A stretch of DNA of 64,000 bases from positions 1 through 64,000 of the forward strand of contig KZ538154.1 in the NCBI GenBank assembly GCA_000934665.2, given 5' to 3'. Made by a program: the position numbers and the translations under genes. The notes under the pieces are model-generated. The model was not told the DNA's origin, made no database searches, and worked only from the letters and a program-made list of their open reading frames with translations. Shown here one piece after another: positions 12,691 to 26,600 of the stretch. This DNA comes from Catajapyx aquilonaris (lineage: Eukaryota). Position 1 is the stretch's first letter. Every line of letters starts with the position of its first letter.

Positions 12691-15581
12691 AATTAACCCA
12701 TCCCCTGCTCTTCTTACAGGTGAGTACCGGTACCGGTAACTAACTGATGCGCCCATCACACCGGCTGATGTGTATGGTTACCTGGCGTATCTTAGCGCTG
12801 CGTGAAGAGCAACTCAAAGTCCACTCCTAGATTGGGGTCCAAGGCCGTTGTGGTGTGTCTTAGGATGGCCTCATCCACCGCAACAGCAGATGACCTGGTG
12901 TTCATGGGATCCACGGACAGGTTCAATGGAGTCACTGTCCGGTCATGGGAAGAGCCATGCGATGGGGAGAGGTTCTCCAAGAAGCTGGAGGGTGAGGTGC
13001 AATGGTGTTATGTAACTGTGAGGATGGCCCGTGCTGATGAGTTATTGTTTGTTGCAGTGTCTCTCTGTAGGTGGATAGAGAACAAGAAGAGAGGTGTGTG
13101 GTTTGAGGTTGGACTTCCACATGCAGAGTGGGTTCCTGTGCTAGCCAAGGTGATTACAATTTACCGTATTACCTCACTTAAAGCGGCATCCCAGTATAAA
13201 ATGAGGTCAAGCAGCATGCCGGTATAACCGAGGTAGATTTCTATCATTTACATCCTAGTCAAAAATTTTGGAGAATGCATCTGATACAGCACTAAAATAA
13301 TCTTACGTTGAAAAATGTACGAGTTCAGGACGAGTTCAGTGGGGCTTAACGTCGGCCTATTTCTGCCTCTAAGGCTCAACACCGACGCCAGGGGGTGGTC
13401 CTCCTCCTGAAAATTTGGCCACTCTGGGGATATTTAACGTGCACTCGCGCAATGTCACAAGTACACGGGACCAACGGCTTTACTTCCCCTCCGAAGGATG
13501 GCGCACTCTCACTTTTCTACCACCCGGAGAAAAGTCACCGACCTCAGCCGGGTTCGAACCCACGAGAATATGCATTCATCTGTTGCACAGGGCATAGAGT
13601 GTGACCAATCCCATATTTAGCCTGCTCTGATGAGAGGGAAACCCCCCTAAACATCCCAAAGGATCAAGTCAAACTCCTTCACGCCTTGCACTTGAAAATG
13701 TTACCTTGAAATGAACTTAACGAACAATCTTATGGAATGTGTCAGGCAATAGAAGCGTCCTGGGCTGTATCCACACTGTATAATTATTTCTTGTAATGCA
13801 TTCGTTTGAGTAATAATGGGTGGCATTTTCGTCGTACTACTAGTTACTTTTAACTTAGCAGTACCAGTGTAATGCAATGGTTCTGCTAAGTTAAAAGTAA
13901 AGTAACTAGTAGTACGACGAAAATTTCACCTAATCATTTTCACAGAGATCGTGATAATGCTGTGCTTAAGAAAACCTCTCCTTATTATACCGGCATTCCT
14001 CGCTTAGACTGGCATGCCGGTATAGCCACAAGATCGTGCCTTTCTAAAAACTTAACTACACCAGCATGCCACTAGTGAGGTAATACGGTAGGATGATTGG
14101 GTAGGACCACATGGTGCTCCAGCAAGCGCCTTGTTGGGTGGTCCAAGGGGTTATAGAGTGCTCACTGCTCAGAATTAATCAAAGTTGTATCTCAAATTTC
14201 ACCGAAAGTTATTATTACCGTTTTGCTTTTTGCGCCTTGATTGAGGTCCCCTGTTACGTAGCAGCTCGTAGTAGAACCCCAATTATCCGACTCCTCATTT
14301 ATCTGACCGTCCCGCTCCAGCAATAAATCAATGTTATTGTTTTCTCCTCAAATGCTGTAATGTAGGCCTTCTAAGCATTTGTATTGTATTACCTTAGTTA
14401 AATTTTAAACAGTAGAGTGTGTATGTAAAAGATACATCACTATTTCATAGAAAAGCGTAATATTGTTCATTATTTCATGCTTTTATATGCTTTTAGTTGT
14501 GTTTCATTAGTTTCCTTTGCTCTTCAGTTTATCCGATGAATCTGACCTTTATGTTATCTGACCATGCCCCGGTTTCATGGGTAACAATTGGGGTTGTACT
14601 GTACTATATTTGACCAACCTGGGAATAATTGAGCACCTCAATTGGGTCACAAAGAGCTATGCAAAAATAACAACTTCAAGCAAAGTTTGCTATAACTATA
14701 AGGACCCCCAATACTTGAAACACTCTGTGTAACATAGTAGTTGGGAGATGAAATATCAGTACTGGTATAACTGTAAATCTGATCTTGAGAAACTGAAATG
14801 ATCACACACACATCCAAATGTGCAGGAGCACTGATCTGTAAATTTTTGGTGGGCTATCATACACAGAATGGATTTGGATTCCACAATGCAAAACCGGAGC
14901 ATGTGACAATGTTGCGTTGGCTGCCAAAAGATGAAGATAGCATGGTGCCTCATGCTCCCCATACCATGGTTGGGGTTGGAGCACTAGTTCTGAATGATTC
15001 TGATGAAATTCTGGTGGTTCAAGAAAAATACCAGACCAAAGCTCATTGGAAACTTCCTGGAGGATATGTAGAACCAGGTGACTAAGACATACGAAAGAAT
15101 TTTATTGTACTAGGCAATTGCATAATGTACAATTTGTATCTTCAGGAGAGGAGTTGCCCGGTGCAGCTGAGAGGGAAGTCTTAGAAGAAACAGGCATCAA
15201 GGCCAAGTTTCACTCTCTTGTGGCCTTCAGGCACAACAGCCACTCATATAACCTGGACTCTGCAGACTTGTATTTTATTACACTGTTGAAGCCACTTACA
15301 TCCGACATCACAGCATGCAAACGAGAAATTGGGGCATGCCAGTGGATGCCTGTAAGTCTTGACAATCACACATTATACATAAATGTGATCCTACAATTTT
15401 TATCCTCTTTCAGCTGAAAGATTTCCTGTCAGACCCCCAAGTCTTAGAAATGAACAAACACTATGCCAAAGCGTTCCTGGAGTATCGCCAGAAGGGTGTC
15501 TGTCTTAAGGACTCTGCCTTTATCCATCCATTCATTAAGAAAGAGACCAAGATTTACACCATTGAATCTTCCTCATTTTAA
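12687..15581 (+). CDS. NUDT6: Nudix hydrolase, NUDT6-like, with a probable mitochondrial presequence
   Basis: Exons 12687-12719, 12796-12991, 13058-13149, 14867-15077, 15146-15351, 15414-15581. DRFNGVTV, KKRGVWF, GFGFHNA, HTMVGVGALV and a full Nudix box WKLPGGYVEPGEELPGAAEREVLEETGI. The first exon is inferred. Confidence 0.85.
13164..14088. mobile_element. Non-autonomous Tc1/mariner-superfamily (Tc2/pogo-like) element
   Basis: Perfect 15-bp TIR CCGTATTACCTCACT...AGTGAGGTAATACGG flanked by TA on both sides; subterminal GCATGCCGGTATA motifs. Confidence 0.8.
13340..13563 (-). mobile_element. 5'-truncated tRNA-derived SINE (family A), nested in the 13164-14088 element
   Basis: Aligns by eye with 55745-56103 (GGGGCTTAACGTCGGCCTATTTCTGC...CGGCTTTACTTCCCCTCCGAAGGA...GGTTCGAACCCAC) and breaks off at the B box. 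Confidence 0.8.
14270..14600. mobile_element. Tigger/pogo-like MITE remnant
   Basis: Imperfect TIRs TAGTAGAACCCCAATT...AATTGGGGTTGTACTG followed by TA. Confidence 0.55.
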
Positions 15582-15629
15582 AAATATGTGCACAGGCATT
15601 CCAGAGTTCGGTTTTTAAATAGTGACTTT

Positions 15630-18600
15630 TCACGTGTAACTGCTGTTGACATCACTGCTGCTTTGCTCACTGCTGCATTCACGTGAGTCTGACTGGCTGG
15701 AGGCAGTCCATTGGACTGCATGCCCCTCCCCCTCTTCACCATCCACAGCTCCCTGCTCAGCATCCTTTCCTTTCTGTCGGTGCCAGCGCCGCACCTTGAC
15801 TACCACGGGATGGTCCCTGTACCTCTTGGATAGAGTGATGCACAGCCTTCTCCGGCAGGCCAACACAATGAAGATGAGTACCCCTTGGAGAGTATTGATG
15901 GCATCTGTGACATACCAGAGGACCCAGGTATCTCCAAAGGCCCAGGACAGCAGCTCACCCAGCCAAGTTCCTCCCATCACTATGAACAGCTTGAGGCATA
16001 CACGGAACATGGAAATCCTAGAAGTGAAGGGTTTATTAATAAGTACTAGAGAAATTCAACCATGTGGCATACTCTGCCTTATTTACGGACTGAATATGCA
16101 GTATGTTTATTGTTCCTGAGGTTCCAAATAAATTAGCTTTTCCCCCCGCAAGAGTTCATTTATGTTGCTGATATTTACTGTGATATAATATTATAATTGT
16201 TTGGGTACATTGATTAAAATTGATTGACATTGGAATACATGGCTTTTAATGACTCTTAATGGAAAATTGATTGTGAGGCACTTTGCCCTTCTTAGGGAAC
16301 TGGCACTTTTGCAATGCAAGGCTGAACAATTCTGCAATATGTCTCAACATGTTCCCCCAAACATACAGTATTGTAAGGTGTACTAACTTTGCCTTTCCAA
16401 CTTGAGTGCTTTTCTGGAAGCGCTCCTTCTTCCAGATGCCCCAGAGAAGCTCTTTTGCAGTCAGGACGAAGAAGCTGCAGTTGGCAATGAGCAAGATTCC
16501 AACAGGTCCGTAGAGGTAGATGAGCTCCTCTATGTTGCCTGAAAACCAGCATTTAACTGTTCCGAATCCAGGCCTCAGAAAATCTGGAGTTCCTTCTGGA
16601 GCCATGTCCATGACCAGAGCAACGAGAGAAATGGCCAATGGACAGCCCCAGGCATAGCAGGAGAACCAGAGGAAGCGTCGCCACTCCCGGGATGGATCAC
16701 TGCTCATGGCACGGATTTCTCTGTGAAATGGAGGAGTGTTATTTGTAAGAACACAACAGGATTCATGTAAATTGAAAAGGCTGATAGTCACCTAAATGCA
16801 GACCAGATGTTGTAGCATAGTACATTCAACCAGAAGAATGCTGCCAGCAGGAAGAAGTGGACCAAGGTACCTGAAATGCATTAGCGAGTGGTACGTTGCG
16901 TTATAAGTATAATTTTTTTGCATATTAGCAGGCAAATTATCTGCACATTACAGTGTGAATTAAAATATACTTTGCATAATCCATCAATGTGGTTTGCAGC
17001 AGTATTGTACAGTCGCTAGCATAAAAATGTGGACAGTAGACCAAAGGAAGAGCTCTTGTCTACTGTCCACATTTTTATGCTTGTGACTGTACATTTGTAG
17101 TCCATTATGATTGCAGAGAAAAATGAGATGCTCATATCCACTTCTCGTTCAGTCAGTGTACAATTTCGAAAGGATTGCTCTTCCTACTTGTTACTTGTCT
17201 TTGAGTGATATGTCCAATATTAGACTAGTACTGGTAAATAAAGCTATTCCTCAACTCAGGTTGAGGGCCATATTAATGGAAATCACACATGCACTTCTGA
17301 CTAAAGTTAGCACGCCTGTGCCAGAGATCCTCAGATGTTATGTACTGTGCATGGAGGTCATCATAGCTTTTCAAGCAGTGCAGCATGCAAATCTGACTAA
17401 TGTAGGCAGGATTTCCACTGATACAAATTTGAGGTAACTTTTGGAACATCCTGTATGTTGTATACTCTGTGAGAAGGAATCAATTCCCAACATTTACAAG
17501 CTGAATATTCTCATGAAAATGAGGGCCACAAACTGTGACTTCATTATTTTTTATTTTTTATTTTTTTATTTATTTTACCCTGTGATGTCCCTTATGGGAG
17601 CTATAGGGGGGTGGCATACCACCATCAGTTTTCTGTATATATTTTCTCTTCATTCACCGGTGCAAGGAAACAGGGACAATGGGAAAGGATAGGGATTTTT
17701 GGGGAGGGAACATGGGTGCAAGGTGCAATGTCGTAGCTAATGGGTCATGTGCTGTTCCCCAGGAGGTTAGGTTGCCAGACACCTCCTTGGTGCAGGTCAG
17801 AGACCCTCCTGACGCAGGTGAAAGGAAAGTTCCCCAGGCGGGGATCGAACCTGGGGCCTTTCACTCAGCAAGCCGTGACGTTACCATCACGGCCACCACA
17901 CCTCCCCGACTTCATTATAATACTATCAAAGATGCAATAATTGCATGAAAATAAAACAGTGTTGTATAGCCTATATCAGCCATGTCAAAATTGCACAGTA
18001 ACACCACGTTACATAATTACGTACAAGTGCATAATTAATTACTAACACACCCTTTTTCCTCCCCAGGCAAGTGGCAAGTTTGATCAGTTACCTAGTTAGT
18101 TGAAATATAGCTCTTTACATGTGATGTAAAACTGGTTAAAAAGTAATGATTTAAAAACTTGAAACATAGACTTTCAACTTGACTTGAATGTCATAATATT
18201 GCACCATTTCAATGACTATTTCTATAAGTTAAAGATGATTTCCTGCATAACACTAAGGCAACAAGTTTTTTCATGGCTAACTCAAGCAAAACCTTGAGGA
18301 ACATGCGTAAATTGGAGGGCAGCTTCGATGACGTGTGGGGCTGGCATAAAAAAAGCTTCAACAGCATACAAAACAGGTTTACTATCCTGAATGTAAAGTA
18401 CCTGATGTTAATATTTGCAGCTGAGGGCAGTAAAAATCAATTAGAGAGCTTAGGGATGTCCATGAGTTGCACTTACCTATAGCATTGCACAGGCCTGTAG
18501 GGAGATGTTCACCTCCAAACTGAGCCATTGCAAGGAAGACATATGCAAAGAAGAGTGCTGCCACATGGCTGAGTTGACACTTTCCATGAACCGAGTGCAT

Positions 18601-21487
18601 TTCAGGAAGGCACATGATCAGAAGAAAGGTAGCAAACAGGAACACTGCTGACAAGCACAGTCCTCCAGCATATAGGAATAGGCGGAGTCTCTGTGATGGA
18701 CTTTCGAGAGGTTCTTGCACCTCTGGGAAGCAGAGGAACCCACGTCTAGATGTTGTGCCTGAAAATAAAAATGTTTACCTGTTGAGCACTGCATCATTCT
18801 CAAAGGTGCAAGCAAGTAATAATTACTAACATATATCCATCATCGCTTACCTCCATCAGCATTGAGAAAATCATCCAAGCAATACTGGTCGGTGGAGTAT
18901 GTGTGCTTTTGGCCCGGAAAGTAGAGGGCTCCATTGGGAAGGAGCAGAAACCGATGAGTTGTCTCTTTCATTGGATCCAACATGTGCATGCCCTGGGAGC
19001 ATAGGGGTGAACCAGACAGGATCTCAAAGTTGCCAGTTCCATTCCATTCCTGAGGGCCCAAGTCCACAAATCTGGGATGCCACTGTACCTCTTCATCGTC
19101 ATGTAATATGCAACGGGATTCGGATTCGCTGTACTTGGCACCATTTCCACAGCACTTTCTTACACATGGCACTTTCTCACATGTAGTCTGTGAGCACATG
19201 GATACCACTGTGTCACCAGAGACTGTCGAATCAAGACAGTAGGAACCCATTGGATGTGCCTTCTCTTTCTGTACTGTCCACAGTGACCCATTGTCCATCA
19301 GCACAAACTGAGTGATTGGTCCATTTTGGAGGGAAGTAGGTGCTGGCCCTTTGCAATCAGGAATACCAACAGTGGTCACTTCCCAGTTGGTTGGAGTGAC
19401 CAGGGAAGCTTCCTCACGATTGAACACCAATGGCAGCCATGACCAGTCGGAGGGCTTGGCAGACTTGTGGCATTCATGCTTGATGGGATCGTAGGTGAAG
19501 TTCACAGGACAACACTTCTGGAAGCGAGTGATTTGGGGCTGCTGGGGTGTGATGCAAGCATAAGCGTACAATGTGGTGTCAGATGTGGAATCATGGCTGG
19601 TTCCTTCTTCCAGGCAGAAGAGAGATGAATTCAAGGCAGCATTGGAAGGATTCTTCAGGTGGAGCTGGCCATCCCTTAGTGAGATTATCAGGTCCATGTG
19701 TTGCTGTGACACTGCTATTGGAGTTGATGTCGACCCAGCAGGACAGTCAGGAAAGCCATGGACTGGTAGGAAAGACTTCTTCAGGTGTTCATCCAAACTT
19801 GTTACCTGGAGATAGGAATATGTATGAAAGACAGTAATGGCAATCCATTGAGTAGTAAAATAAAATTGACACGTCTATGAGATCAGAGATGGAACTTTGT
19901 TGCTTCAACGTTCAGCTTAAGCCTGCACACATAATGACTGCTGAAATCATATGGTTGAGAAAGACAAGATCAAGTTGGAGCCAAGAATATAACAAGAAAT
20001 AAGCATGAGGTCACTTCAACTCTGGTACCATATCTCAGGATTTCCATGAATAAATGGCATCGTACACCTTTGCATCGTGATCCTGTCCCTTAGACGCATT
20101 CTTACGAGGTCATACCGTGCCTTGTAACCCAGCCTTGACCTCCTCTAGAAGTTATTTCCAACTTAACTCTGCCCCCATAATTGAATGCTCCTAAGCCTGC
20201 TAGCCAAGTCAGGATTGTTTCCCAACCAGAGTTGACAATAGGTCCAATTCGACCCAAAGGAGAGGGTTGAACTCCATTATGCACGTACACAACCCGGAGT
20301 CAGATCTGACTACTCTCAAAAATCCATTGTGTGTGAATTGCAGCTGAGTGTATTATTTTGAATGAGATTTTGCATGAGTTTAAGTAGTTCTGACTTTGAC
20401 AACTTATTGAAATAATTGATCCTAATTTTCCAGATGGCATTACTGAACGAATCCATTTAACATAAATTATGGCATGTTTCAATACGTATAGGTACAGTAC
20501 TAGTACAATCTTGCTCTACCTTAACGGAAAATAACCTTACTGCAAGGTATCTCCAGTTTTGCTGATTATCTGTGCTCATTTGTTATGGACATTATGTACT
20601 GGGCAACCTCTCCTTATTTTAACAGTTGTTATTATAATAACAAACACGATATTTGTCCATGAAAATTCATCGTCATATTCGTGTTCCTTAGGTCACAAGT
20701 AACTCATAATGGGCATTCATTTTGTCTTTGATTTGTTTTTGACCTCGGGGCAGTCCAAAGTCCTCAAATATAGCAGTTTTTTCTGAGTGCCTTTTCGAGA
20801 AAAACAAATTCCATAGGCGCATTCTACTCGCATATCTCTTTCATTTGATGTATATGTTGATTGGGTTTTGACCACTTCCAATAACCGAATAAAAATTATC
20901 AAAAAAAAGGGCCAAAATTTCAAAATTTCGCGATTTTTTCTCTCCCCACGGTATTTCGCAATTTGGCTCAAACTTGATACGGCATAGGTGTGTACAGCTG
21001 TGATTATTTTCAGAAAAATCCGAGATGGTTTAGCATCATTTAGGCCAAGTTATGCTCCTCCATGTTGATCATTCCAGAGAGTACCTTTGTTTTTAAACCT
21101 TTTGCTACCATCAGCCCCAGGGGCAACATAATCTTTTACATGCCTTATCTTGCAAGAAAGGGCTCTCCTGTATGCTGTATCCAACTCTTAATTTTGACCA
21201 AGATACACACAACTTAGAACTAACATGCGTACCTCATTATCCATCGCATGTTGGTGCAGTTGTAGATTCAGCAGTCCCAAAAACCGCGTCCTGTTGGCCA
21301 CAACACACCTCTCCTCACCAGTGTCCAAAATCAAGTTATCCGGACAACATTTGGGTACACAAATATGCTCCCAACAATCCGGTGGATGCTGCGGCTTGGA
21401 TTGTTCCAACAATACAGAATTTGATGGCCCAATAGCACCATGGACCACCACCAAATTCAGGAAGAGGAGCAGAAGCGTTGCTCCCAT
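15630..21487 (-). CDS. Methuselah-like (Mth/Mthl) family B GPCR, copy 1
   Basis: Exons 21487-21233, 19805-18851, 18758-18477, 16870-16792, 16720-16388, 16017-15630 with compatible phases. Signal peptide MGATLLLLFLNLVVVHG; ectodomain with PKCCP, QKCCP, RKCCG and YCLD motifs; 7TM with [65 protein letters not shown]. Confidence 0.92.
17010..17089. mobile_element. 80-bp palindromic Tc1-like MITE
   Basis: TA-CAGTCGCTAGCATAAAAATGTGGACAGTAGAC...GTCTACTGTCCACATTTTTATGCTTGTGACTG-TA; arms of about 32 bp. Confidence 0.8.
17548..17907 (-). mobile_element. Full-length tRNA-derived SINE (family B) with an 11-bp TSD
   Basis: Minus-strand head GGGGAGGTGTGGTGGCCGTGATGG (A box) ... GGTTCGATCC (B box) and an A-rich tail. 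Direct repeat GACTTCATTAT at 17537-17547 and 17908-17918. Confidence 0.9.
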
Positions 21488-23660
21488 CTTCCTACTCCTT
21501 CTGTATATGGACTTTTCCTTTGTGGGTCCTTTCCCTTGACCCTCCCCAGGCGGGTTTTTGGGGTTGGGACGCTGTGGGTTGGGGGATGGGGGGGGGGGGG
21601 NGGGGGGGGGGCCAAATCCGATGGGCTATCTTTGTACCCTATCTCCCCCTCTACTTCCTCACAGAAATGTGGGACCGGTTTCCAAGGAAGGTTGGGAAAA
21701 ACCCAACTCTTGAAATGGGACCCATGTTTTTGGTATGGGCTGCTATGACCTAATGACACCTCTGAGTGTATGGTACTAGTGAAAAAAGCATGCAATATGC
21801 AGTGGCACGTAGGGAAATCGGTGCCAGGTACCGGTACGAACAATGCTTTAATTACCTACATGTGTACAGGACAATGCAGGCATTTTTGACTGTACCGGTA
21901 TCTTCCTGGAGCTGTTTATTTATAACCTTGTAAAGTTCGTTATCTTTATCTCCGATGAGTCATTTAAATCTTAAGATATTTGCCCCCGTCACGCCTGACC
22001 TATGACCTTGTATTATTACTCATCCTGCAGATTTCTGATATGCATATGATTTTACTGGGCCCAATCTGGCCCAATGGAATATAACCTGAAGGAACTGGCT
22101 GAAACGGATGCCCTAGATTTACATCCGTACTTGTTTTGACGTTCTAATCAGTTTTATTACACGTCTAATGCAAAATCCTGGATGTGGCCTGGCGATAAAA
22201 GCTTGTAGGGTATAACTAGGAAGCTGGCCATTATGATTGTTAAATTTCGCTCTGGTGATGTCATTAGGTGGTATGAATCAAAGTCCATTTAGTTTCGAAG
22301 AACTCCCTGTGATAAACATCGTTCAACTTCCGCAATAGTAGTGCGAAAAATTGGCCGTTACACAATACGGGTCATATCAACAACTTTGTAACATGACGTA
22401 ATATGTAGGGAGTTCACCTAGAATTCATTGGACATGAATTTGGAGGTAACCGGGGGTCAGTTGCAGGGAAATACCCTAGACGTAACTCGGAGCCAAAAAA
22501 TGCCTGATACTATTTTCCTTATTTTTAACGTACCGGTACCGTATGTCTGTGAGTACAGTATGAACAAATGACACAAGGCCATTTTTTTTTCATTATTCAA
22601 ACCTTCTCACAAATAATTGGCCTGTGAACATCGAGGCTATCATCGGGCATTGACTTCACGCTCTTTGCATCTATTTGTACCTGCATAAATATAGGCAGTG
22701 TATTTCCAAGGACATCGACGCATGACCTACTGAACCAAGTCTTGGAAATGTAATTCTGAGAATATCCCAAAATTTCAGACCTAGATTAGGCCGTACACAA
22801 GTATATAAATACTGTAGTGCGCCATAGCAGATCTGCGCAGTCTAGTTTACACGTGCGGGTATAACAAGTGATAAGTGTGGTTATGTCTTCGACATTGACC
22901 CTGTTGTGCCGGCACTGTTGTTAAGCTTATTCCAAGCGATATTAATATCACAATAATTACTTCCCGGGGTGAAGATAATTCGAACGAGGCCATAACGTTA
23001 CGAACAACGCAAATAAAAACCTTGCTGGCTGATATCGTTAGTAGTCGTTGCTAATATAATTGACACCTATTACGCTTGTTTAAACTCAGCTGCTAATTGT
23101 ACAGTGTGAAAGTATACGGAAGTAAACGACCTAAAGTGTCTTCAGTGATGCATCAAAATGGGAGGAAATTATTTGCGTGCTATCCTTCAGATGCTCCCAA
23201 GCTTTTTGCGATTTCGCAATCTTCTACGTCAAGAATCTTAAAGGTGCAAAAAAAATCGCGGGATGAAAAACTAGCAAAAGCTGTTTTGCGTGTAAGGTAT
23301 AGAGATTTGCAGTGTGACTTGAGGCACAATAGCAGGTCGACTGTACGGGTCAACACTGCCTATATAAAGCTTCAGGAATAACACGTACCAGGAGTAGACC
23401 AGTGCACATATGTGACACAAAAGTATTATTCTGACTGATTGACAATATGGCAATGGCTGCATTGTCCTATGCAGATCGTTTGATCTTCGATACGATGGTG
23501 GCTGGACATCCTTGAGAAAGTGGGGGTGGTAAAAAGTGGGAATTTTGTGCTGCAGGCTATATCTGCGTGGGTTTAGTTGGATAGAGTGGCGTGTGTGAGA
23601 AGGACGCGTACAGAAGGTGGCGGTGTTTTGGACAAATGACGGTGGGTCAATGAGGAGTGG

Positions 23661-26600
23661 ATGATGAAGACGTGTCTTCTGCTACACCTGGTGGTGGTGC
23701 AGGTGGCGGCTATTCTTTTGGAGAGCGAAAGTGACATAGCTAGGGAGCTGGTGAGTACCGTTTTGAATGGAATTCCATTCTACCCCCTAAATCTAGATGT
23801 AGTTCCATTCATATCCGTTGCATCAATTAAGGATATTAATAAATAATAAGTAGGGCGTGGTCCAACTTGACCTGCTCTCTTCTTATTTTTACCTGACATT
23901 CCTGCCGCCTCACACCTAAAGGATTACTTGCTGATAAGGTTAATTCCAAGGTGATAAGTTCTAAACGGTTGTACCTTTATTGTGGTGAAGGTAATGGTCA
24001 GGTGGACTTAGGAAATTCAGAGTTATATTGCGAAGCTCGTGAACTGTGCATTTCCAAACACGATGGCTGACTTTCATATGTATAGGCCTAGTTTCATAAA
24101 ATTATATTTGGAATAATTTTTATGTGCGAGTTAATAAGAGTTAGATGGTACTTGAAATGAATTTTTGTGACAGATGATTTATCAGTGGAGCATATGCAAC
24201 AATCCTTCAGGTGACCCGGAATTTCAAAGGCGACACTATTAGCAGCAAGAATACCGCTTTATCATTGGAAACAACAGCTGGAAATATTTTCAAAAACGCA
24301 TTTTCCTCAACCGTACTGTACCCACTACGTTGCCACGTTTCCCTTTTAGTTTGATAGTTAGCTTTTTTCACTGGAGTAATTTAGAGCTCATGGTGAGGTG
24401 TACTCATAGGGATTGCACACCATTTTAATTTTAAATCCTTGAGACGCGTAGGTTTGCCCGGTTCGGGGTCACTTCCGTCTTTGTCCCATTAGAAAGAGAA
24501 CTTTTCATTTATGAAAATCATGCATTTCATGAAATTAAGTTATTAGTAAAATGCTTCATATCCAGTTCAACGGAAAGAAATCTGCTATTCACAGGTTCCA
24601 GGTACGGGCTATTCCGGTGTTTCGTAAACAATGATAATGACGCCATGCAGTAAATAGTGTCTGTGCAACTTCTTAACTATAGATGTTGTAATATATTTGC
24701 ACCTCTGCCTCATCCGGCCTCATCATGCGAGTCAACAAAAAATGACAGTAGCTCTAATCAAGCAGTAATTTGAATCGGTGTTACACCAGCACTAAGTCAC
24801 TACTTGCATAAATCGAGGAGGCTGTACATACAGTACAACATGGGTGTCACTCTGCAATCACATTATGTAAATTGTTACGATGTTGGAATATTGAAATGAT
24901 TCGTTTATGAAACACCATTGCTTTCCTTATCTTTTTTCTGAGTCCCGAGCGACTCGACGACAGGAAGTTTGATTGATGCGATTTAAAACTGGCTAGTAAT
25001 AGTAAAACATAGCATATAATTCAATTCTTAGACACCCAGTTTTCTACTGATCCACTTTTTGCTATTGTCGGAAAATAATATAAAACAATGAATGCGATGC
25101 CACACATGTCAGTGTGGAGATGCAAAATTACATATATTTAATGCACATATTTTCTTGGAATCAATGGTTAGCCAATAGAAAAAAAGTGGTTTATTCCTGG
25201 GTTTATTCCAGTTGCACGCAGGAGAGCTGCGTGCAAATAAATATACGGCAGAGCAACAAGTAAAAAACATTAGTCATCACACGTCATGTTTCTCCTGATC
25301 TAATGGCCGCTACTTTTTTGAACTTTCGACTTTCAGCAGGACTATAAAGGCAATCTTGCCTATACTTATGCAACTGGAATGAACTAAGCATGATTAGACA
25401 CTTTTTTTCTTATTATTGTTATTGGAATGAACATAAACATTGTGAACATGTTCACTTTCGCCACACTTGCAAAATTTAACATTAGTTTCAGGAAAAATTG
25501 CGATAGTTAGATTAGGGAATAAATGAGAATGAATGGGGAATAAATTAGTCAAAAGTATGAATTATTTTCTGCGATCACTGGCCTCAAGATGAAGTGACCT
25601 GACTTGTTATTCAGGTATGTAAATAACTCGATTTACAATGTCGTTTACTCATACTTTCAGAGAGGACGAGAGTGCCGAGAAAAGACATGCATCCCTCGCT
25701 GTTGTCAGAAAGGAGAAGTTTTGAAGGATTCTGGAGGAATACTGGAGTGTATCCCAGAGAGGAATTCAAGGGCTCAGGATAGATGGATTCCACCGCTTTG
25801 GAATTACGAAAGCAATAATGTCACCGTGCCAGTAGATTCGATCAGATTTCTTCAGAATTTTCCATCATGTGCAAATGGATCTCGACTACAACACTTCTCC
25901 AGCTACAGTGCAGAAGGACCTCAAATCATGTCAGATGGTCATCTACTTCTGCACAGAGGAAACATTTCCGTTGGCCAGTTGCAGTACTGTGTAGAAGTGG
26001 GATCGAACCCAGGACACTATTGGACGCAGGTATGCGTCATGTCTCAAAACATGACTAAACCTCTGATCATTCCTAAGTGCTGTCCAATCGGCCAAGATTT
26101 TAGCGATCACACTATGAGCTGTGTTCCTACAATCAGAAATGCGACGGATTGGATGCCAGACACAGTCAGAATTCGGCAATCGAGATTGATCAAGCGTAAA
26201 ATAAAGCCACATGAACTGACTTTTGGACTTCCCAGTTGTCCACCCACACACATGAGAATCCGTATCAAAGTGGATGATGGAATACCATTCGAACAGCGAT
26301 ACTGGGTGATGACTACTGGAGGACAACTGTTGCTGGCCCAAAATCCACATGAAATGTTATCATGGAGATCATTTTGCATCGATCGTGTCCACACTGATCC
26401 GAACAAAATTGTCAACAATTACTATGTTGCCCATGCTTGCGTACCAGATCCCTACTCAGTGTGTGTAAATGACACGTGTGTGTCCAAATGTTGTCCTCCA
26501 GGACTCGGAATGCTCTTCGATCCACCATTCTGCGCTCCAGTCACTGAAGATTGGCAACCCACATTTTATGAAAGAGGATTCTGGGATGTCTTCAATGTTG

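Noticed and set aside
13620..13680. Hammerhead-like CTGATGA-stem-AAAC
   Set aside because: GAAA is replaced by TAAA and stem I cannot be closed.
17830..17907. tRNA gene (also 56085-56155)
   Set aside because: A and B boxes are followed by a long body, an A-tail and TSDs, so these are SINE heads.
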